16,030 nucleotides of DNA, from assembly GCA_050633245.1 (NCBI GenBank), contig JBOEGD010000047.1, positions 20,179-36,208 of the forward strand. Direction: 5' to 3'. The notes under the pieces are model-generated. The model saw only the letters and a list, made by a program, of their open reading frames with translations, made no database searches and was not told the DNA's origin. The DNA is from Calditrichia bacterium. GTDB lineage: Bacteria > Calditrichota > Calditrichia > RBG-13-44-9 > J075. The position numbers and the translations under genes were made by a program. Of this stretch, positions 5,796-15,021 are shown in pieces; the first letter of the stretch is position 1, and each line of letters opens with the position of its first letter.

Positions 5796-7889
5796 TTATT
5801 CGTCTTCTTGCGGAGGCAGTGCTTCTTTGCGGCTCAGATTGTAGCGCCCCTCGCGATCGACCTTCTTCAGGACTACCGTAAGCTTATCGCCTTCTGAAAC
5901 CACATCAGTCACTTTCGCTACACGCTTATGATCCAGTTCGGAAATATGAACAAGACCCTGCTTACCGGGGAGGAATTCTACAAAAGCGCCGAAGTCCATA
6001 ACCTTCATAACGGTCGCATTTTCGTAGCGTGTGCCTACTTCCGGCTCAACTGTCAGCCCGCGAATAATCGCCTTGGCCTTATCAGCTGCTTCAGAATCGA
6101 CGGATGCAATAATCACCAAACCGGTATCATCGATATCGATCTTGGCGCCGGTTTCTTCGATGATTCCACGAATCACCTTACCGCCCGGCCCGATAACTGC
6201 ACCGATCTTATCGACCGGAATGTTCATGGAGAGTATTCTCGGTGCAAACTGAGAGATCTCCGCACGTGGACTGTTGATGGTCTCTTCCATAATGCCCAAA
6301 ATCTTAAAGCGTGCATTCCTCGCGCGCTCCAGAGCTTCCGACATTACTTCAAAAGTAATTCCACCAATTTTAATGTCCATTTGAAAAGCCGTGATTCCCT
6401 CGCGGGTTCCGGCTACTTTAAAGTCCATGTCACCGAGATGATCCTCGTCTCCAAGAATATCTGTTAACACACGCACTTCATCTTCTTCTTTAATCAACCC
6501 CATGGCAATACCGGCAACGTGGCACTTTGTTGGCACACCGGCATCCATCAGACTTAGAGAACCGGAACAAACGGTAGCCATTGAAGAGGATCCGTTCGAT
6601 TCCAGAATTTCCGATACGATGCGAATGGTATAAGGAAAGCTGTCTTCATCCGGCAGTACGGTTTTCAGAGCACGCTCGGCAAGGTCACCATGACCGATTT
6701 CACGACGGCTGGTGCCGCGGAAAGGTTTGGCTTCACCTACTGAAAATCCCGGAAAGTTATAGTGCAACATGTAGCTTTTGCGAGACTCGCCTTCGAGGGC
6801 ATCGATAATCTGTTCGTCTACTTTTGTTCCCAGAGTGGTTGTTCCAAGGCTCTGAGTTTGCCCACGGGTAAAGATCGCAGAACCGTGTGCACGCGGCAGA
6901 AATGCCGTCTCACAATCGATCTGACGAATATCGTCCAATCCGCGTCCGTCCAGACGAATATTTTTGCTGATAATCATATCGCGAACTTCGCGCTTTTCCA
7001 AGTCGCTAAAAAGACCTTTAATGGCTTTTTTATAGTCTACATACTCTTCGCCAAGTTCCTCCATTAACTCATCGCGAATAGCACCTAATGCAGTATGACG
7101 TTCTTTTTTCTCGGTATGCTTTACTGCTTCACGCATGCGTTCCAGCGAGAAATTTTCTACTTTTTCGGCGAGACCTTCCGGTAATTCCGGCTTTACAACA
7201 TCCATCTTCGTCGGGTTGATCTCGGCAATAATTTCTTTCTGCAGCTCAATGAGCGTCTTAATAGACTCGTGTCCCACACGCAGAGCGGCAAGCATTTCAT
7301 CTTCGCTAATTTCTTCTGCCTCACCTTCAACCATCAGAATAGAATCTTCGGTTCCGGCAACAACCAGATCGATAATGCTGTCTTCGAGTTGAGTCAGTGT
7401 CGGATTGACAACGAACTCACCGTCGATTTGAGCGACGCGCACGGATGCGATCGGGCCTTCGAAAGGGATATCGGATACGCCAAGAGCAATAGATGCTCCT
7501 ACACCACCAAGCACATCAGCCGTATTTTCTTTGTCACTGGAGAGGACATAGATAACGACTTGAGTTTCATTTCGATATGCTTTTGGGAATAGCGGGCGGA
7601 TCGGGCGATCAATTAGGCGAGCACTCAGGATCTGATTTTGTCCCGGGCGGCCTTCACGTTTAAAAAATCCACCGGGAATTTTACCGGCGGCATAGGTTTT
7701 TTCCTGATACTCTACGGAGAGCGGGAAAAAATCTAAATCTTCTCTCGGGCTTTTCGATGCTGTAGCTACAGCTAAGATCATAGTGTCGCCGTATCGCACC
7801 ACAGCTGCGCCATTGGCAAGTCTTGCCAGGCGGCCCGTTTCAATGGCCAACATTCGTCCATTAATTTCTCGTTCTTTTTTTACTATCAT
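5796..7889 (-). CDS. pnp: Polyribonucleotide nucleotidyltransferase (PNPase)
   Basis: Motifs GKIPGGFFKREGRP, RREIGHG, SNGSSSMA and GDMDFKVAG, plus KH (IGPGGKVIR) and S1 (DFGAFVEFLPGKQGLVHISEL) domains. ATG 7889 has GAGGA upstream. Confidence 0.98.
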   Translation of the reverse strand: MIVKKEREINGRMLAIETGRLARLANGAAVVRYGDTMILAVATASKSPREDLDFFPLSVEYQEKTYAAGKIPGGFFKREGRPGQNQILSARLIDRPIRPLFPKAYRNETQVVIYVLSSDKENTADVLGGVGASIALGVSDIPFEGPIASVRVAQIDGEFVVNPTLTQLEDSIIDLVVAGTEDSILMVEGEAEEISEDEMLAALRVGHESIKTLIELQKEIIAEINPTKMDVVKPELPEGLAEKVENFSLERMREAVKHTEKKERHTALGAIRDELMEELGEEYVDYKKAIKGLFSDLEKREVRDMIISKNIRLDGRGLDDIRQIDCETAFLPRAHGSAIFTRGQTQSLGTTTLGTKVDEQIIDALEGESRKSYMLHYNFPGFSVGEAKPFRGTSRREIGHGDLAERALKTVLPDEDSFPYTIRIVSEILESNGSSSMATVCSGSLSLMDAGVPTKCHVAGIAMGLIKEEDEVRVLTDILGDEDHLGDMDFKVAGTREGITAFQMDIKIGGITFEVMSEALERARNARFKILGIMEETINSPRAEISQFAPRILSMNIPVDKIGAVIGPGGKVIRGIIEETGAKIDIDDTGLVIIASVDSEAADKAKAIIRGLTVEPEVGTRYENATVMKVMDFGAFVEFLPGKQGLVHISELDHKRVAKVTDVVSEGDKLTVVLKKVDREGRYNLSRKEALPPQEDE

Positions 7890-7905
7890 TCGTTCCTCTG
7901 TCTCG

Positions 7906-8178
7906 TTAGCGTCGTAGTCCAAGCTCTTTGATTAGACTTCTGTAGCGGTTGATGTCCTTCTTTTCCAGATAATTTAACAATCTTCTGCGCTGTCCAACCA
8001 GTTTAAGCAAGCCACGTTGAGAGTGGTGATCTTCCTTATTCGATTTCAAGTGGTCGGTCAGGTGAACAATACGGCTGGTAATCAGGGCAACCTGAACTTC
8101 CGTACGTCCGGTATCATTGGGATTTTCTCCAAACTTGGCAACGATTTCCTGTCGTTGTTCTTTTGTAATGCTAGACAT
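7906..8178 (-). CDS. rpsO: 30S ribosomal protein S15
   Basis: [35 protein letters not shown] and LGLRR; the SD GGAGGA lies in the last codons of ribF. Confidence 0.98.
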   Translation of the reverse strand: MSSITKEQRQEIVAKFGENPNDTGRTEVQVALITSRIVHLTDHLKSNKEDHHSQRGLLKLVGQRRRLLNYLEKKDINRYRSLIKELGLRR

Positions 8179-8180
8179 GT

Positions 8181-9119
8181 TTAAGTCCTCCAGTTAGCGA
8201 AATATTTTTCACATTCCAATTTGTCTTTTTTGAGTTGCTCGACAAGTGCATTAACTCCATCGAACTTCCGCTCGTTGCGGATATATTTTAGTAGACGAAC
8301 CTCCAGAGTGCTGTCATAGAGATCATCATTGAAGTTAAATAGGTTCGCTTCTAAAGTCAAGAAGTCAAATTCAAAGGTCGGGCGCACGCCGATGTTCATC
8401 ATGCCGTCATAGCGCTTGTTGGCAACATGTGCCTCGATGGCATATACACCCTGAGCAGGGATTAATTTATCTTCATCATCGGGTAGAATATTCGCGGTTG
8501 GAAACCCGATTTGACGACCGCGCCCATCCCCGCGCTGTATTTCACCGCGCAGACGATACGCATAGCCGAGGTATTGATTTGCTTCCTCTACCCTGCCCTC
8601 GTCGAGAAGTTTGCGGATCAAAGAACTGCTCACAACAACGCCATCCTGTTCCTGCGCCCCCACCTGGTGCACGTTAAATCCGCTGCGGGCGCCAAGCTCA
8701 GACAAGGCTTCGAAACTGCCTTCACGGTTGCGACCAAAGTGGTGGTCGTAGCCAACAATCATTTCGGTCACGTTTAGCTTATCAACTAAAACGGTCGTTA
8801 CAAATTCTTCCGATGAGAGCGCCGCAAACGCACGATCAAAGGGGATAATCAGTAATTCATCGAGGCCAAACTCTCGGGCGAGGTCTATTTTTTCTTCAAT
8901 GCTATTGAGTAAACGCGGCGGATGGTCCGGATTGCCAACAACTTTTCTGGGGTGCGGGTCGAAGGTTACGAGAGTTTTGCGCAGATCATGTTCTTCCGCT
9001 TGCTGAAAGAGCTTCTCCAAAATTGCGCGATGGCCGGGATGAAAACCATCGAATGTGCCGACAGTAAGCGCGCTGCCACCAACGGCTGTAATTTCATCGA
9101 GCTGACGATAAATCTTCAC
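8181..9119 (-). CDS. ribF: Bifunctional riboflavin kinase / FAD synthetase
   Basis: [44 protein letters not shown] and NIGVRPTF; the GTG start overlaps the truB stop (GTGA). Confidence 0.97.
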   Translation of the reverse strand: MKIYRQLDEITAVGGSALTVGTFDGFHPGHRAILEKLFQQAEEHDLRKTLVTFDPHPRKVVGNPDHPPRLLNSIEEKIDLAREFGLDELLIIPFDRAFAALSSEEFVTTVLVDKLNVTEMIVGYDHHFGRNREGSFEALSELGARSGFNVHQVGAQEQDGVVVSSSLIRKLLDEGRVEEANQYLGYAYRLRGEIQRGDGRGRQIGFPTANILPDDEDKLIPAQGVYAIEAHVANKRYDGMMNIGVRPTFEFDFLTLEANLFNFNDDLYDSTLEVRLLKYIRNERKFDGVNALVEQLKKDKLECEKYFANWRT

Positions 9120-9820
9120 GCGTCACCGGCCTTTTTACCGGTAAATTCTTCCTGCACTTCGTCCATACTGTAGGCATCTTCAAGACGATGCTCGCCTACT
9201 CTGGTGCGGATTAATACGCTTAGATGACCGGCACTGCCTATTTCACGAGCGATGTCTCTGGCCAGCGTACGAATATAGGTGCCACGACCACAGGCAACAC
9301 GAATCTGTAGCGAATCCTTTTCCAGTGCAAGTAATTCAAGTGAGTATACAGAAACTTTTTTGAACAGCTGTGGCACTTCCTTGCCGGCTCTGGCCAGTTT
9401 ATAAAGTCGCTTTCCCTTATATTTGGCGGCAGAATATGACGGAATTTCCTGTTCAATATCACCGAGAAATTGCGGGAAAACGTTTTCTACATCTTCAGGG
9501 GTTACGTCCGGAAGTGCGGCTTCGAGGGTGATGGAACCGGTATGGTCCATGGTGTCGGTTTCGCTTCCGAGGGAAATAGTTGCGACATATTCTTTTTCGA
9601 GCTCAAGCAGTTCTGAGAACCGCTTGGTGGCTTTACCAAGACAAATTAGCAGAATACCGGTAGCGAAAGGATCAAGCGTTCCGGCATGCCCAACCTTTTT
9701 AATTCCGCTTAAACGACGGACTTTATTCACAACATCGAAAGACGTCCAGTCTACCGGCTTATCGACAACCAATATGCGGCCTTCTTCTGCAGAATATATG
9801 TTATTCTTCTTCTGGTTCAT
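9116..9820 (-). CDS. truB: tRNA pseudouridine(55) synthase
   Basis: DKPVDWTSFDVV, KVGHAGTLDPFATG, PSYSAAKYKGKRLY and CGRGTYIRTLA; short form lacking the C-terminal PUA domain. Confidence 0.97.
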   Translation of the reverse strand: MNQKKNNIYSAEEGRILVVDKPVDWTSFDVVNKVRRLSGIKKVGHAGTLDPFATGILLICLGKATKRFSELLELEKEYVATISLGSETDTMDHTGSITLEAALPDVTPEDVENVFPQFLGDIEQEIPSYSAAKYKGKRLYKLARAGKEVPQLFKKVSVYSLELLALEKDSLQIRVACGRGTYIRTLARDIAREIGSAGHLSVLIRTRVGEHRLEDAYSMDEVQEEFTGKKAGDA

Positions 9821-10166
9821 CCTTCTTGATGCCGCTTAAAAGTTCGTCAATACGCCGGGAATAACTCATTGTATCATCTTCAAAAAAGCGTAGATCCGGC
9901 ACTACGCGAAGACTTAGCTCCGGGGCAATTTCGCCACGGATAAAATTTTTAGCACGGGTTAAAGCCGCCAATGATTTAGCAGTCGCTTTTTCATCGCCTA
10001 GCACAGTAAAGTAAATTGATGCGATGCTAAGATCACGGCTCATCTTTACCTTGGTAACGGTAACAAAGCCCTTGTCCGGATCATTTATCTTGCGATCGAT
10101 TACTACACTGATCGTTGCACGGACACGATCTGCAACTTTGCGCTGCCGAACGGATTCTTTAGCCAT
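9801..10166 (-). CDS. rbfA: 30S ribosome-binding factor A
   Basis: RQRKVAD, VTVTKVKMSRDLSIASIY and LRVVPDLRFFEDDT; canonical position between infB and truB. Confidence 0.95.
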   Translation of the reverse strand: MAKESVRQRKVADRVRATISVVIDRKINDPDKGFVTVTKVKMSRDLSIASIYFTVLGDEKATAKSLAALTRAKNFIRGEIAPELSLRVVPDLRFFEDDTMSYSRRIDELLSGIKKDEPEEE

Positions 10167-10179
10167 AATGTTCCTGTTT

Positions 10180-10470
10180 CTAAACGTATTCTACCGAATG
10201 ATCGATGACTTCAAGTTCATGAATATTATCGATCATTCGAAAAATAGTATCAATACTCTTTTCAAGAAAGCCATACTCATTACCAATCTGAGCAATTCCG
10301 ATTTGCGAGCGTTGCCACTTGTCCAGATAGTTCAATTCAGCAACGGACACATTAAATTTTTTGCTCACCTTGTCTTTCAGGCTGCGCAAAACCATGCGTT
10401 TATCTTTTAGCGAAAGACTACCGGGGAGGTGTATATCAAGAATGAGTACAGCTACAATAACGGAGTTCAT
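10180..10470 (-). CDS. DUF503 (YlxP-like) protein
   Basis: LHLPGSLSLKDKR-type motif (IHLPGSLSLKDKRMVLRSLKDK), KFNVSVAE and DKWQRSQIG; position between infB and rbfA as in the Bacillus operon. Confidence 0.92.
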   Translation of the reverse strand: MNSVIVAVLILDIHLPGSLSLKDKRMVLRSLKDKVSKKFNVSVAELNYLDKWQRSQIGIAQIGNEYGFLEKSIDTIFRMIDNIHELEVIDHSVEYV

Positions 10471-10485
10471 CTATTAATCCGAGCC

Positions 10486-10505
10486 CGGCGGCTAAGAAGC
10501 CGCCG
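10486..10505. other. Intergenic GC-rich hairpin between infB and DUF503
   Basis: CGGCGGCT-AAGA-AGCCGCCG, a perfect 8-bp stem with no U tail on the minus strand. Confidence 0.6.
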
Positions 10506-10511
10506 AGATGG

Positions 10512-13370
10512 TTAGTTCATGGCGCCCTGACGGTCTTGCTTCAGGGTTTGTGCTTCCTGTACAACTTCGTATGCTTCGATGATATCACCTTCTCGCAGGT
10601 CATTATAGCGTTCGATCATCAAGCCACACTCAAAGCCGGCATTCACTTCTTTTGCGTCATCTTTCTCGCGCTTCAGCGAAGACAGTTTTCCGCTATAAAT
10701 CTCAACGTCATTTCGCACAACGCGAATGAGTGAGTTACGGGTAACCTTTCCACTTAGCACCATGGATCCGGCAACCGTTCCAAGGCGAGAGATTTTGAAC
10801 AACTGTCGCACTTCAACGGTTCCGAGTAGCACTTCACGCTCGATCGGCTGAAGCATTCCTTCAAGGGCCGCTTCAACTTCTTCAATAGCATCGTAGATGA
10901 CTTTGTATTGGCGAATATCTACCTTCTCGCGATCGGCCAGTTCCTTTGCCTTAACGGACGGTCTAACGTGGAAGCCGATAATGATCGCGTTCGAAGCAGC
11001 GGCCAAAATAACGTCTGACTCAGCGATTGGTCCAACCGCGCGACGAATAACCTGCACTTCAATGGTATTGGTAGAAAGTCGCTGTAGCGAATCTGCCAGA
11101 GCCTGCGCAGAACCGTCTACGTCTGCCTTTACGACTAACTTAAGTTCCTGCAGATTGCCCTGCTGAACCTGCTTGGACAATTCGTCCAGCGTCATTAGTC
11201 TTACCTGACGGAAGTCCTGCTCGCGTTTCAATTGCTGACGTCGCTGTGCCACATCCCGCGCTTCGCGCTCGTCTTCCATTCCAATAAAGCGGTCTCCCGC
11301 TTCAGGCACACCGTCTAACCCAAGCACCTGAACCGGCACAGAGGGTCCGGCCTGTTTAATGCGTTTACCTTTATCATCGAACATGGCACGAACTTTACCA
11401 TTAATCTGTCCTACAACAAAGCTATCACCAACATTCAGCGTTCCGGCAGAGATAAGCACGTTTGCAACCGGGCCTTTGCCCTTATCCAATCGAGCTTCAA
11501 CAACCACACCGCGAGAACGTTTGTTTGGATTCGCCTTTAGGTCAAGCAATTCGGCTTCAAGAAGCACTTTTTCCAGTAGATCGTCTACGCCGTCACCTGT
11601 TTTAGCAGAGACTTCAACGCACTGGAATGTTCCACCCCAGTCTTCTACCAGAATATTGCGATCGGCAAGCTGTTTCTTAATCGTATTTGAATCAGCGCCC
11701 GGCTTATCCATTTTATTTATTGCAATTACGATAGAGACACCGGCAGCTTTCGCATGGTCCAGTGCTTCCTCGGTCTGCGGCATCACCTTGTCATCCGCGG
11801 CGATTACCAGAATAACGATATCAGTAACCTGAGCACCACGGGCACGCATCGCAGTAAAGGCTTCGTGACCAGGTGTATCGAGGAATGTTATCGAGCGACC
11901 TTCAGACATCTGCACCTGATAGGCTCCGATGTGCTGGGTAATTCCGCCAGACTCTCCGTCAGCGACATTTGCTTTACGTACATAGTCTAACAGGGATGTT
12001 TTACCGTGATCGACGTGTCCCATAACGGTAACGACCGGTGAACGCGGTAGCAGATCTTTTGGATCATCTTCTTCATCGGCTGCTTCTTCGATAAAGTCTG
12101 AGCCAAATTCTTCTTCCTGCTCAACTTCATAATCGAATTCTGCGGCTAGCAGGCTAATGGTATCCATATCGAGGCGTTGATTGATAGTCACAACCAAACC
12201 GAGCTCCAGACACTTGCGGATAATATCGATTGTAGACACATCCATCAAGTTAGCCAGATCATTGGCAGTAATAAACTCGGTTACCTTAACTACATTTACT
12301 TCAATCTCTTCTTCAACACCTTCTTCAGTGCGAATCTTCTTGCGTTTCTTGCGACCACCACCGGAATCACTCATTGAAGCGAGTGTTTTCTTCAGTGCAT
12401 CATCAACTTCTTTCTGGTCAACTTTTTTCTTCTTGCGCTTACGTCTGCCCGGTGATCCGGATGTAGAAGAAGAATCATCATCGCCGCCTGCAGGAATGCT
12501 GGGTCGCGATTTGCGACCTTCTTGGCGAAGCATTTCGAAAGCTTTTTTGCGACGAGCTTCGCGATCTTCCTTGCGGGTCTTTTTCTTGCCGCGTTTTTTA
12601 TCATCTTCCTCAGTGGCTTCGCCAGCTTTGGCAGGTGCTGCCTTTGCCTTAGCTTTCGCTTTGCCGCTCTTCTTCTCTTCGGCACGCTGGGCACGCTCTT
12701 CAGCTTCGCGCTTCTGACGTTCCAGAAACTGCTTAGCCATCGGGTGGTCAGTAATAATATCACCGACCTTCGGTTGTTCTTCGCCAATTCCGAGAGGCTC
12801 TACAACTTCTTCCACCACGGCTTCGGTCGTCTCAACAACATCAACTTCCGGCTCAGTTGCTTCTGGCTCGGCAACTTCGACAGGTGCTTCTTCAACCGGT
12901 TCTTCATCAACAGGTTCTTCGGCAACTTCTTCAGCAGGCTCTACTTCAGCAGGGGCTTCCTCTTCAACAGGTTCTTCCTCTACTTCTTCAGCCTCTTCCA
13001 CAGGAGCTTCTTCGGGTTCGACCGGAGCTTCCTCTTCCACAGGAGCCTCTGCAATCTCTTCTTCAACAGGAGTCTCTACAGGCACATCTTCAGCTTCAAC
13101 GGCCTCAGGAGTCTCTTCAACGACAACGTCCTCTTCTTCTTCACGAGTACGTTCGTCGCGACGCGCCTGAATTTTTTCAGCTTCCTTCTTCTCATATGAG
13201 AAGCGATCTAAAAGCTGTTCATAAACTTCAAATGGAATTCTCATATTGGGATTGGTAACCTTCGTCCCTTTCTTCTCGAGAAATTCCTTGATAGTATCAA
13301 AACCAAGATTCAGTTCTTTTGCGATCTGAAATATCTTTTTTGGTTTTCTATCTTTAGCTTCTACCGCCAT
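10512..13370 (-). CDS. infB: Translation initiation factor IF-2
   Basis: IF2_N (KIFQIAKELN), long acidic then basic linker, G-domain motifs GHVDHGKTSLLD, DTPGHEAF and NKMD, then KADVDGS and C-terminal GFECG. Confidence 0.99.
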   Translation of the reverse strand: MAVEAKDRKPKKIFQIAKELNLGFDTIKEFLEKKGTKVTNPNMRIPFEVYEQLLDRFSYEKKEAEKIQARRDERTREEEEDVVVEETPEAVEAEDVPVETPVEEEIAEAPVEEEAPVEPEEAPVEEAEEVEEEPVEEEAPAEVEPAEEVAEEPVDEEPVEEAPVEVAEPEATEPEVDVVETTEAVVEEVVEPLGIGEEQPKVGDIITDHPMAKQFLERQKREAEERAQRAEEKKSGKAKAKAKAAPAKAGEATEEDDKKRGKKKTRKEDREARRKKAFEMLRQEGRKSRPSIPAGGDDDSSSTSGSPGRRKRKKKKVDQKEVDDALKKTLASMSDSGGGRKKRKKIRTEEGVEEEIEVNVVKVTEFITANDLANLMDVSTIDIIRKCLELGLVVTINQRLDMDTISLLAAEFDYEVEQEEEFGSDFIEEAADEEDDPKDLLPRSPVVTVMGHVDHGKTSLLDYVRKANVADGESGGITQHIGAYQVQMSEGRSITFLDTPGHEAFTAMRARGAQVTDIVILVIAADDKVMPQTEEALDHAKAAGVSIVIAINKMDKPGADSNTIKKQLADRNILVEDWGGTFQCVEVSAKTGDGVDDLLEKVLLEAELLDLKANPNKRSRGVVVEARLDKGKGPVANVLISAGTLNVGDSFVVGQINGKVRAMFDDKGKRIKQAGPSVPVQVLGLDGVPEAGDRFIGMEDEREARDVAQRRQQLKREQDFRQVRLMTLDELSKQVQQGNLQELKLVVKADVDGSAQALADSLQRLSTNTIEVQVIRRAVGPIAESDVILAAASNAIIIGFHVRPSVKAKELADREKVDIRQYKVIYDAIEEVEAALEGMLQPIEREVLLGTVEVRQLFKISRLGTVAGSMVLSGKVTRNSLIRVVRNDVEIYSGKLSSLKREKDDAKEVNAGFECGLMIERYNDLREGDIIEAYEVVQEAQTLKQDRQGAMN

Positions 13371-13702
13371 TGATGCTCCTGTTTTAACTTAACTGCAAAT
13401 CCTTTGGCAAGACTGCCGGACTGCATACCTAATATTTTATATCCGGTTACAAACTCAACTCTAAATTCATCTTCTGTAGCTTTGGCAACTAATAGTGGAA
13501 TCTCATTACGTTCGACCAGGCTAAGAACCTTTTTGCGTGAGTTCTGTGCCAGCGAATCGTCGATCAGCACAAAACCGAGCTTTCCCTGTGTCGCCGCGCG
13601 ACGAACAGCTTCAAAGCCTGCAACCAATGCGCCGGATTTTTTTGCAAATCCAAGCATACTAATCAATTCCTTGCTTAACTGCATGTAGCGAGTGCCCTTC
13701 AT
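13361..13702 (-). CDS. L7Ae/L30e-family RNA-binding protein (YlxQ-like)
   Basis: SMLGFAKKSGALVAGFEAV matches the LGLAxKAGxLxxG L7Ae signature; it sits between nusA and infB and overlaps infB by 10 nt. Alternative start at 13684. Confidence 0.85.
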   Translation of the reverse strand: MKGTRYMQLSKELISMLGFAKKSGALVAGFEAVRRAATQGKLGFVLIDDSLAQNSRKKVLSLVERNEIPLLVAKATEDEFRVEFVTGYKILGMQSGSLAKGFAVKLKQEHQWR

Positions 13703-13709
13703 CGGCGCC

Positions 13710-14996
13710 TTATATCGTCAACATACTCAGAATTTTCTGAGCTGTTTTTTGTCCTACACCAGGGATATCCATCAGACCTTGAAGTCCAAGTCCCTTTAAT
13801 TCATCAGCTGTATTAATGCCGTGGCTTTTAAGTTTTTCTGCCATACTTGCTGAAATACCGGGGACTTCTTCAACCATCATTTCCGGGCTTTCTTCAAGTT
13901 CTGTTGCGGTGTTTTCATAATATTCAGATTCTTTAATTAGCTCGATGCTGATTCCGGCAAGTTCCTGAGCCAGTTCGCGGTTACTTTCACCGCGTCCCAT
14001 AGCCAATCCCATATCCTTATCAGGAATAATTGCCACACCAAGCTGCTCTTCCTTGTTGTAAATAACCTTAATTGGCTTTGCAGGCGTAATGACGCGATTC
14101 AGGAATACTTCCGGTTCGGAAGTCCATGGAATAACGTCAATCTTTTCGCCATTCAATTCGCGAACAACACTCTGAATACGCACGCCGCGCATTCCAACGC
14201 AGGCGCCAACAGGGTCAATTCGTTTATCAATAGACTCCACCGCGATTTTTGAGCGTTCTCCCGGCTTGCGAGCAACTTTCTTAATTTCGACGATACCATC
14301 AAAAATTTCCGGCACCTCAATTTCAAACAAGCGAATAAGGAAACGCTTGTCTGCACGCGAGATAATAATTTCCGGGCGATGATTTCTGCGACGGCGCGGT
14401 CGCTCTTCAACCGGGGCTTCCTGCAGTACGTCTGGCTTTATTACTTCTTTAATTAGCGCTCTTACGCTGTCTCCGCGACGCAAACGTTCATTTGGAATCG
14501 ATTCAGAGCGCGGCATAAACATTTCCGTGCGATCGACGACAACAAAGTAGCCCCCGCGTGTTTCCTGATGCACATCGCCGATAATAATTTCACCAACACG
14601 TGACTTATATTCTTCGTATACTTTTTCTTTTTCGTATTCACGAAGACGCTGCAGCAAGGTTTGTTTAGCGATATTGATGAGGCGGCGACCAAAATTTTCC
14701 GGATCCACAACCTCGGCAAACTGCTCACCTTCTTCAACATACGGATCGGTCTTCTTAGCATCGGCCAGAGCAATCTGCGTGTCTTCATCTTCAACCGTTA
14801 CAACAACTTCTTTTTCTACGTAAATTTCCATATCGCCGCGATCAATATTTACAATCACGTCGAAATCTGCTTCCTCGCCATACTTTCTATTCATCAATGT
14901 AGTAAAAATGTCTTCGAGAATATCGCGCAGATCTTCCTTGTCAATTCGCTTTTCGCGTGCAATTTCGGCAGCAGCAGTTACAATTTGGCTTTTCAT
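13710..14996 (-). CDS. nusA: Transcription termination/antitermination factor NusA
   Basis: FGRRLINIAKQ, S1 domain, LFEIEVPEIFDG, ARKPGERSKIAV, DPVGACVGMRGVRIQSVVRELNGEKIDVI and C-terminal helix-hairpin-helix repeats (VPGIS, IPGVGQKTA); SD GGAGG. Confidence 0.98.
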   Translation of the reverse strand: MKSQIVTAAAEIAREKRIDKEDLRDILEDIFTTLMNRKYGEEADFDVIVNIDRGDMEIYVEKEVVVTVEDEDTQIALADAKKTDPYVEEGEQFAEVVDPENFGRRLINIAKQTLLQRLREYEKEKVYEEYKSRVGEIIIGDVHQETRGGYFVVVDRTEMFMPRSESIPNERLRRGDSVRALIKEVIKPDVLQEAPVEERPRRRRNHRPEIIISRADKRFLIRLFEIEVPEIFDGIVEIKKVARKPGERSKIAVESIDKRIDPVGACVGMRGVRIQSVVRELNGEKIDVIPWTSEPEVFLNRVITPAKPIKVIYNKEEQLGVAIIPDKDMGLAMGRGESNRELAQELAGISIELIKESEYYENTATELEESPEMMVEEVPGISASMAEKLKSHGINTADELKGLGLQGLMDIPGVGQKTAQKILSMLTI

Positions 14997-15021
14997 GAAA
15001 TAATCTAAACCTCCGGAATGG

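Noticed and set aside
5928-7592. Several plus-strand ORFs opposite pnp
   Set aside because: Fully antisense to a highly conserved gene, with no recognisable motifs.
12181-13258. Long plus-strand ORFs (178, 225 and 133 aa, including the LLQQ-repeat ORF) opposite infB
   Set aside because: Antisense shadows of the GAA-rich low-complexity IF-2 linker, which lacks stops on the other strand; no SD or protein-like composition.
14405-14425. EAPVEE hexapeptide shared by the NusA insertion and the IF-2 repeats
   Set aside because: Short low-complexity match with different codons; no evidence of DNA transfer.
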